Shown here one piece after another: positions 56,581-64,000 of a stretch of DNA of 64,000 bases (position 1 is its first letter; every line of letters starts with the position of its first letter). A model generated the notes under the pieces. It was not told the DNA's origin and made no database searches. It saw only the letters and a list, made by a program, of their open reading frames with translations. Made by a program: the position numbers and the translations under genes. The stretch is from Geosiphon pyriformis uo1 (lineage: Eukaryota; Fungi; Glomeromycota), in NCBI GenBank assembly GCA_016748015.1, contig JAAOMT010000512.1, positions 124,001 to 188,000 of the forward strand, read 5' to 3'.

Positions 56581-57565
56581 TGTTACCAGACGAAATTAGA
56601 GATATTATTTAGCATGAAATTATCTTATAATTCCTATTATTAATTAGCATATATTATCGTTTTAAATGATCACTTATTATATTAGCAAAAATATCCGAAA
56701 TTATTATTTAATTAATAACCCAAATTGTACACAACACCAATGTAACCTAATTGTGATGATCAATCATGCAATACCCCGAACTATGTAACATTCAAAAGGT
56801 TTGCCAAAATTTGTAGAAATTTGCCAAAATAATTGATAGTTCACCGAAATATCTAATAGTTTGCCGAAATAACTTATAGTTTGCCGAAATGTATCTTTAG
56901 TTCAGCGAAATTGTAGAAAATAGCAAAGTTCGAGTTTATAGAATAGTGTTATGACAAGTTGTATAAAAGAAGAGCTTTTCTCTTCGAGAAAATGTATCTT
57001 ACTTTAGATTTATCTTTTATAAACCATTTCTATACACACAAAAAGAAATAAATATCAAATAATTCGAAAAACCAAATTCTCTAAATTATTGTACTTGGAA
57101 AATCCCCAAAACCCAACTAACATTTCGAAATTGATTAGCTACCAATTTCAGTAAACTGTTAGTGACTCCAGGCCTGGATAGAAAACATTTCCCTTGATAA
57201 GATCCTATTTCTTTTACACTTCTTTTATTTTTCTTTCTTTTCTTATTACAATCCTTAGAATAGCCTACAGACGAGATTCCTGTAAAAAAATTGACTTTCA
57301 CAGCAAAGTAACTACACATTTTTTTTAGTGAGCTTCCAGACAAGCAATTCCTGGGAAAGAGTTGACATTTACTACAACGTAACTACATAAAACAACTGGC
57401 ACAGAATTGGCCATTCCATTTATAAGCCCAGCAAGTTCAAATTATAGGAGATAATTTGAAGATAAATTCAGTTACTGGAGGTTCAACCACATCCAGAAAA
57501 CGTGAATTCACAGCAAATAAGTATCAACAACATTACAAAAAAGAGACCAAAAACCTCCGGTAACA
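56581..57565 (+). mobile_element. 5' LTR (985 bp) of the young Gypsy element 3
   Basis: Inverted termini TGTTACC...GGTAACA. Tandem gtttgccgaaat repeats at ~56800-56915, TATAAAA at ~56962, and a PBS directly after the LTR. Confidence 0.9.
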
Positions 57566-57567
57566 TT

Positions 57568-57579
57568 TGGTGCTCTCCC
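57568..57579 (+). promoter_or_regulatory. Primer binding site TGGTGCTCTCCC (tRNA isotype not assigned)
   Basis: Lies 2 nt after the LTR end and starts with TGG (complement of CCA). The same PBS occurs at 45215 and in degraded form at 47933. Confidence 0.85.
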
Positions 57580-60500
57580 ACAGAAATAACACAGCAAAAA
57601 CAAATTCAAAGTGGCGACCACACCAGATGCAACAACTCTAGAGTATTACCAATCAATTTACACCCACTGCAAGCAAAGATTCAACATTCCAGACGGAATT
57701 GAAGTTGTCAAGAAATCAGTATATCAATACATTGAAAACCGCATCAACAATTATCTTTTTGGAAATTATAATATCTCAGAAGTTAGAAACAACCTTTACA
57801 ATAATTTAGTACACTATTCACAGTTGGGAACTGAAGACCTTAATAGTAAAACACTTGCCACTTACTTTCACGAACTTAATTTTAACATTATCAAATACTG
57901 TAAAGAAACATATTCAGTGCAGTCTCAATACACTATTGATTTTGAATCGGAAACAGAAACAAGCAACAAAAACAAATTAAAGCAATATTCAAGAACCACC
58001 CCAAATACTCCAACACTATCGAAAACAACTGCCAAACATTTACAAACACTTGAACAAGGAACCAGTTCAAAACTTCCACTTACTATCACATCTTTTCCAG
58101 CTTTACTTGCACAAGCACAAACACCTAATTCACCCTTGAATCGATTTGCAAGACCAGAAGATTTTACATCACTCAGAAGTTCCACCAAACAACAAGAACC
58201 CCTTCAAACTAGTTCCAATCTCCTTGATTTTCTAGCTGAAAATCAAAGTAAACACTTTGAGACAGCAGCAAACAAAGAAAACAACTCTGAAATAACCGAA
58301 GAAGAATCAATAGACAGTGAAAACAAAGAAAACAAAATGACAACATACATCGCAAAAATCCCTGAATTTAATGGAGAAGATATTGAGACCAGTCCCCAAG
58401 AATGGCTTGACCAAGTTACTAAAGCTGGAGATGCAAATGGATGGAATGCTGCCAGAATGTTAAGAACAATTCCCTACTTTCTTAAAGGAACAGCAGGAAA
58501 ATGGTTTGAAAACCTTGCCGCCCCATTCAATAATTGGAATGCTTTCAAAGCAGCCTTCCTTGAACAGTTCACTGACAATAATACCTCTATTACTCTTCGC
58601 AATCATTTTCGAAATATCAAACAAGAACCCTCCGAATCCATTATAACTTATATTGGGAAATTCAACAAACTTCTCAGATGGATTCGCCAACTCGAGACAA
58701 ACAATTATTATTCTGATGCTCAAATCTTGGATCAATTTATCGCTGGTCTAAAAGATAAACTAATTAAAAAGGTTCGTCCACATGCACCAGAAGATTTAAA
58801 CTCTGCAATACAGCATGCAAAAAGATATGAAATGGCCATAGAAAAAGCCAATCATACAAAACTTGTAAATTTGGCAATTGGAGAAACCAGCTCAGCAGCT
58901 GAGAAAAAAATTGACCAACTCACAAAGAAGGTCGAAAACTATTTTACCAACCAACAACAACAACCCCAAAGATATCAACCACCCCAAAGACGAAATCAAA
59001 ATAACTTTACACCACTTTTCAATAACCAGCCCCAAAATTGCCATTACTGTGGAATCTCTGGCCACTGGAAAAAAGATTGCAGAAAGCTGCAACAAGACCA
59101 ACAAAATAGGGGTAATCAATGTTACTCTCCACCACAGCAATCTTATTATCAACCATTACCACCAGCTTACTATCTACCAAGACCCCAATACCAAAATAAC
59201 TATTATCAGCCCACCCCACAACCAATCCAACAGCAATACCAACAACCACCCACACAACATTATCAAGTACCTGCTCAAAGACTGATTACACAAAATCAAT
59301 TCACACCACAAAACTAATACCAAGTAAACAACAGTAGAATCAGTTCAAACAACCAATTGGTTCCTTGAAATACCACTCAATCAAGACCCAACCATTACCA
59401 CACTCAACCCAATTATTTAACAATGCCAAAAGAACAGGATTTTTACCATACTGTACTCTCGAAAGGTAAAGCTGTAGCACAACAACAACAAAACCCTTTT
59501 TATAACCACACCACTATTCCACCAGCCCGAATTGCTGAAAACGCCAATCTCTCTGATATCTTTCCTTTTAAATTTGAAGCAAATGAATCACCATTCTTGC
59601 TTAGCAATGCAGCAGCTAATGAGCAAAAAGCCATCACTGCAATGTATGCAGAAGCTGAAGTAGAAGGAAAGCCAATTTGCTTGATCCTAGACAGTGGATC
59701 CACCGGAAGCATTATTACTTACCAGTTAATGCAACAGTTGAAAAAAAATGTCGACCGACCAGCTCAAATAGTAATCGTTACTGCCGATAGCATGAAAAAG
59801 ACACCAGTGGGAGAAATTGACAATTTTCCATTCACTCTTGATGGAATCACCATTCCAGTCAAAGTTCTTGTAATGGATGCACCCCAGTACTAAGCTCTCA
59901 TCAGAAATGATTGGCTTCAAAAAGCCAATGCTAATCTGAATTGGGAAACATAAGAGTTAACAATCTCCTACCAAGGACAACACACCCGAGTACCTGCCAT
60001 TTGTGGTACATTCAACAAATGCTCTGAAAAAGCCCCGGCTTTTGAATTTAAACCAAAAGAAGAAAAACCAATAATCAAAACATTCATGGCTCTTGAATCA
60101 ACGTCCAACTGGGCCAATGAAACAGAACAAGAACATTTTACCCCACACACTAAACCCGAAACCTCTGGATGGAATATACCTTACTCAAAACCCAAACCAA
60201 AAAAACAACGCCCCTATATTCCCCTTAAATGTAAGGACTGCCACAAGAAACTATTGTCAATGGGAGCCTGCATTTTACCTGAAGAAGAATATAAGAATCA
60301 CACTTGTTATTACTGCAAGGCTTGCCACAGAGAGCGATGGGGCCATCTAATAAAAAAAAGCAGAAAATGGGACAACACTGCTTGTTTGACTTGTGGAGAT
60401 ATGCTACCGGAAGAATGCAATTGAATTGATGTAGCAATGAGAGAAGGCATCTGCAATCAGACCTGTCAATATGTTTTATCAATTTCAGAAAAAGTAAAAA

Positions 60501-60959
60501 GAGAAACACCCTTTAATGCAGCATACAACAGTGCTCTCAACAAACTTTATCACTACCCTTATGATGCCGAAATGATTTTCGACTTAGCAATGGCATTAAT
60601 TAATGGAGCTACCAAAGAAGATGTTCGTCAGATGAAAGAAGCAAAATACATTGAATACACTATGGAATTAGCTGGATTCAATTATGAAGATGAAGTAGAA
60701 GTCTATCACCAAATTGCAAATTACACCTACCCAACCCAAGAAGCTCAAATTCAATGATTAGAGCAAATGAACATTAGGCTATGTGAAGAATGCATTATGC
60801 CTTGTGATGAACAATGGTGTCCCAAATGCTATGCTCTTAGTATCCCCTTGCCCAGCGAAAATGATGAGAATGAAATTGAATTTGGAGAACCTGAAAAAAC
60901 AGAAGAAATTAAAACAACACCCATCTACCTTATTGAAAATCAGTCTGCCTTACAACTTA

Positions 60960-61385
60960 AATACTTCAACAACAATGGACAAGGAATAAAACCAGAAAAA
61001 GCAGACGAAATTGATGCTGGATATGACCTAAGATATCCAGGCAAGGATACTCTTGTTCTCAAACCCAAATCTCTCACAAAAATCAACCTCAAAATTGCAC
61101 TCGAAATCCTGCCAGGAGCAATAGTTCAAATTGCCTTTCGGTCCTCTCTGGCAAGCAAAAGAATCAATGTCAGAGGAGGAATAATCGATGCTGGATATAC
61201 TGGAGACATAACAGTGATGCTTCAAAATGAGACTGACAAACCATTCAAGATTGAACATGCTGAAAAAATTGCCCAAGCTATTTACCTACCCTTAATCAAC
61301 ATTTCGGGTTTGCAACTAGTCAATCAAAGAGAACAATTAGGAAAAAGCAATAGAGGAACCCAAGGTTTTGGTTCAACTAGACGAT
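60960..61385 (+). other. dUTPase domain within pol, between PR and RT
   Basis: All five dUTPase motifs are present: DAGYDL, RSSLA, GIIDAGYTG, KIAQ and RGTQGFGST. Confidence 0.92.
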
Positions 61386-62155
61386 TCACAGTTCCAGTTA
61401 ATATAGCTCTTAATACACAGAACAAATCCCACCAGATTCTCAGACTTCCACAACCAATTACCATCTCATCTTTTGGAGAACATCCAGAAATTTACACTTG
61501 CACAAAGCCAACAACTACACAACAAATTTTTGAGTCCAATGAATAAGTCTGCTTGGAACATAATATTTTGATCCCAAACATTTATATTCCAGAAGGAACA
61601 AAGAAAGTCCAAGTTACTTTTTACAACCCCAATAATTACCCCATAATTTTATTAAATAATTTAGAAATTGGAATTATTCACAGTAATATATTTCAACAAG
61701 AATTATCCCAAACAGTCCCCGATTTCTCTGAAATTATTGGACATTCACTACCAAAAATCAACCCAAACCCTAGCTCCAAAAACTACCATGTTGTTATGGA
61801 AAAACTATCTCGAATCAACATGGGACAACTTGAACTACAACAACAGACCCAGTTCAAAGAACTAATTGCAGAATTTGCTGATATCTTCGCCGAAAACAAC
61901 AATGACTTAGGAAGAACTGATTTGGTTCAACACCAAATCTATATAGGAGATGCCAAACCCAGGCGACAACAAGCCTACCGAGTTGCTCCAGAAAGTCACC
62001 AATTTATCCGAGAAGAAGTACAACGGATGCTTAACAATAGGCTTATTCAACCATCAATGAGCCCATGGGCCTCACCTGTGGTTCTAGTTAAAAAAAAAAA
62101 TGGAAAGATACGATTTTGTGTTGATTACCGACAACTCAACAGTGTCACTATTGGG

Positions 62156-62254
62156 NNNNNNNNNNNNNNNNNNNNNNNNNNNNNNNNNNNNNNNNNNNNN
62201 NNNNNNNNNNNNNNNNNNNNNNNNNNNNNNNNNNNNNNNNNNNNNNNNNNNNNN
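62156..62254. other. Assembly gap inside RT
   Basis: Run of Ns; the central RT motifs are missing. Confidence 1.
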
Positions 62255-64000
62255 CCTTTGGAAATCAGTAGTAGTTTATCTTGATGACACTGATGTTTAT
62301 TCACCATCTTTCGAGCTACATTTAATTCACCTGCGAGAAGTTTTTCAACGATTATGGAAAGCAGAATTGAAACTGAACATTGAAAAATGCTACTTTGGAA
62401 AAACAAGTTTAGCTTTTCTTGGTCACATTGTTAGCAAAGATGGAATTAAACCAGACCCCAGAAAAATTAGTACTGTCAAAAACTTCAAGACTCCACGAAA
62501 TACCACAGAATTAAGAGGATTTATTGGATTAGCATCCTATTACCGAAAATTCATCAAAGGATTCTCAGAAATTGCAAAACCTCTCAACCAGCTCACTACG
62601 AAAAATGTCAAATACAAATGGACAAAAGAACACCAAAATGCCTTCAAGATACTCAAGGAAAAACTCACAACAGCCCCAATCCTCGCCTACCCAGACTTCA
62701 GCAACCGATTCCAGTTAGCAACTGACGCTTCTTATACTGCCTTTGGTGCCATCCTATCACAGTTAGATGACAATGGAAATGAGCGAGTAATTGCTTATGC
62801 TAATAGAACATTAAAGCCAGCCGAAAAGAACTACCCCGCAACAGAATTAGAAACCGCAGCAGTAATCTGGGCTTTACATTACTTCAACCTTTACCTCAGA
62901 CCCAAAGAATTCGATATTATCACTGATAATATTGGACTTAAATGGCTTCAAAACAAAAACACCCAGCTGAACGCAAAACAAACCCAATGGACAGGATTTT
63001 TAGCTAATTACCAATACATTGTACACCACAAACCAGGAAAACTCCACACCAATGTTGATTGTCTCTCAAAAATAAGGCAAGATTAGAAACAAAACCAACA
63101 CCCAATTGAATTAACAGCATCAAAACAACAAACAATGAACCCCGAAAACTACAACAATCTCAAACAATATTTGGAGACATTAACAATCCCAACAGATTGG
63201 TCCTCAGACGAAAAACATTGGTTACAACAACAAGCCAAACAATATTTTCTACACAACAACATTATCTATCATTGAAATTTCAAAAACCCAACCAAACCAC
63301 TCAGATTAATACAAGAACAGAAAAAAGAGACTATTTTATACAACATGCACTCGGATTCTTCATCAGCACACTTCGGAAAAGATAGCACCACCCAAAGAAC
63401 ACTAGAATACTACTTTTGGTCTTAAATGAGAAAAAACATTCACAAATATGTTGAATCTTGTGATAGTTGTCAAAGAAGAAAAAGAACTTGCCCTACAGAA
63501 CCTTTAAATCCAATCAAAGTTGGACAGCCTTTTGACAGAGTTGGTATTAATTTAGTCGGACCACTATCTATCACCACTCAAGGAAACCGTTATATTGCAG
63601 TAGCTGTAGACTATCTTACTAAATGGCCTGAAGCCAGAGCCATTCAACAAGCAGATGCAAAATCAGTAGCAAAGTTTATCTACGAAGACATCATTTGTAG
63701 ACATGGATGTCCAATTGAACTTTTATCCGATCAGAGAACACACTTTGTGAACAACCTGATACAAGAAATTTGTGAACAATTTAATTTCAAAAGACCTCTG
63801 TCTTTGCCCTACCATCTACAAACAAATAGACTTGTGGAATGTTTTAACAGAACATTGTGTGAGTCATTAGCCAAAGTCTCAACTGATTTTGAGCAAGAAT
63901 GGGATCTTTTTATTCCATCAGTGTTACTAGCATATAGAACATTAAAACAAGATACCATGAAACACACACCATTTGATTTAACTTATGAAAGGACGGCAAC

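Larger units (their letters stand above)
57611..64000 (+). pseudogene. Ty3/Gypsy gag-pol in a single frame (gag, CCHC, PR, Cys-rich domain, dUTPase, RT, RNase H, IN), broken by in-frame stops; continues beyond the window
   Basis: Gag (PQEWL...FLKGTAGKWF...FIAGL), knuckle CHYCGISGHWKKDC, PR LILDSGS, RT ([13 protein letters not shown]...RFCVDYR, YLDD), RNase H (TDAS, NYPATELE, TDN) and IN (H..H..C..C, VDYLTKWPEA, SD). Confidence 0.95.

Noticed and set aside
57086-62406. Antisense and alternate-frame ORFs over the Gypsy element and host genes
   Set aside because: Shadow ORFs with no motifs, explained by the sense-strand coding sequence.
63084-63137. Integrase as a separate ORF with its own ATG after the RNase H stop
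   Set aside because: The ATG at 63135 is in frame with RT/RNase H and the 16 codons between are open, so the TAG is most simply another transition-derived stop.

Overview
Eukaryotic (fungal) genomic window. The intron style, the TKL kinase, the F-box/LRR gene and the TE proteins point to Glomeromycotina; the TE proteins resemble those I recall from Geosiphon pyriformis (inference, not checked). The window is split into gene islands and extremely AT-rich, transition-degraded TE blocks. There are five intron-containing host genes: a rhodanese-PTP MAPK phosphatase (17113-19634 +), a GCFC2/PAXBP1/Ntr2-like splicing factor (33559-36796 -), an F-box/LRR protein (36992-38690 +), an ALKBH1-like dioxygenase (39027-40804 -) and a TKL-type kinase (41399-42948 +). 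The TE blocks hold nested LINEs (RT-RNase H-CCHC) and three ~2.2-2.3 kb ORF1-only non-autonomous retroposons that share the LINE 3' tail; two of these have TSDs and sit tail-to-tail with a perfect 80-bp inverted repeat. The last 20 kb is a nested stack of Ty3/Gypsy elements encoding a Cys-rich domain and a dUTPase. The youngest is inactivated only by in-frame transition stops, which suggests directed C-to-T hypermutation. There are two assembly gaps. Exon and TE boundaries were read by eye.
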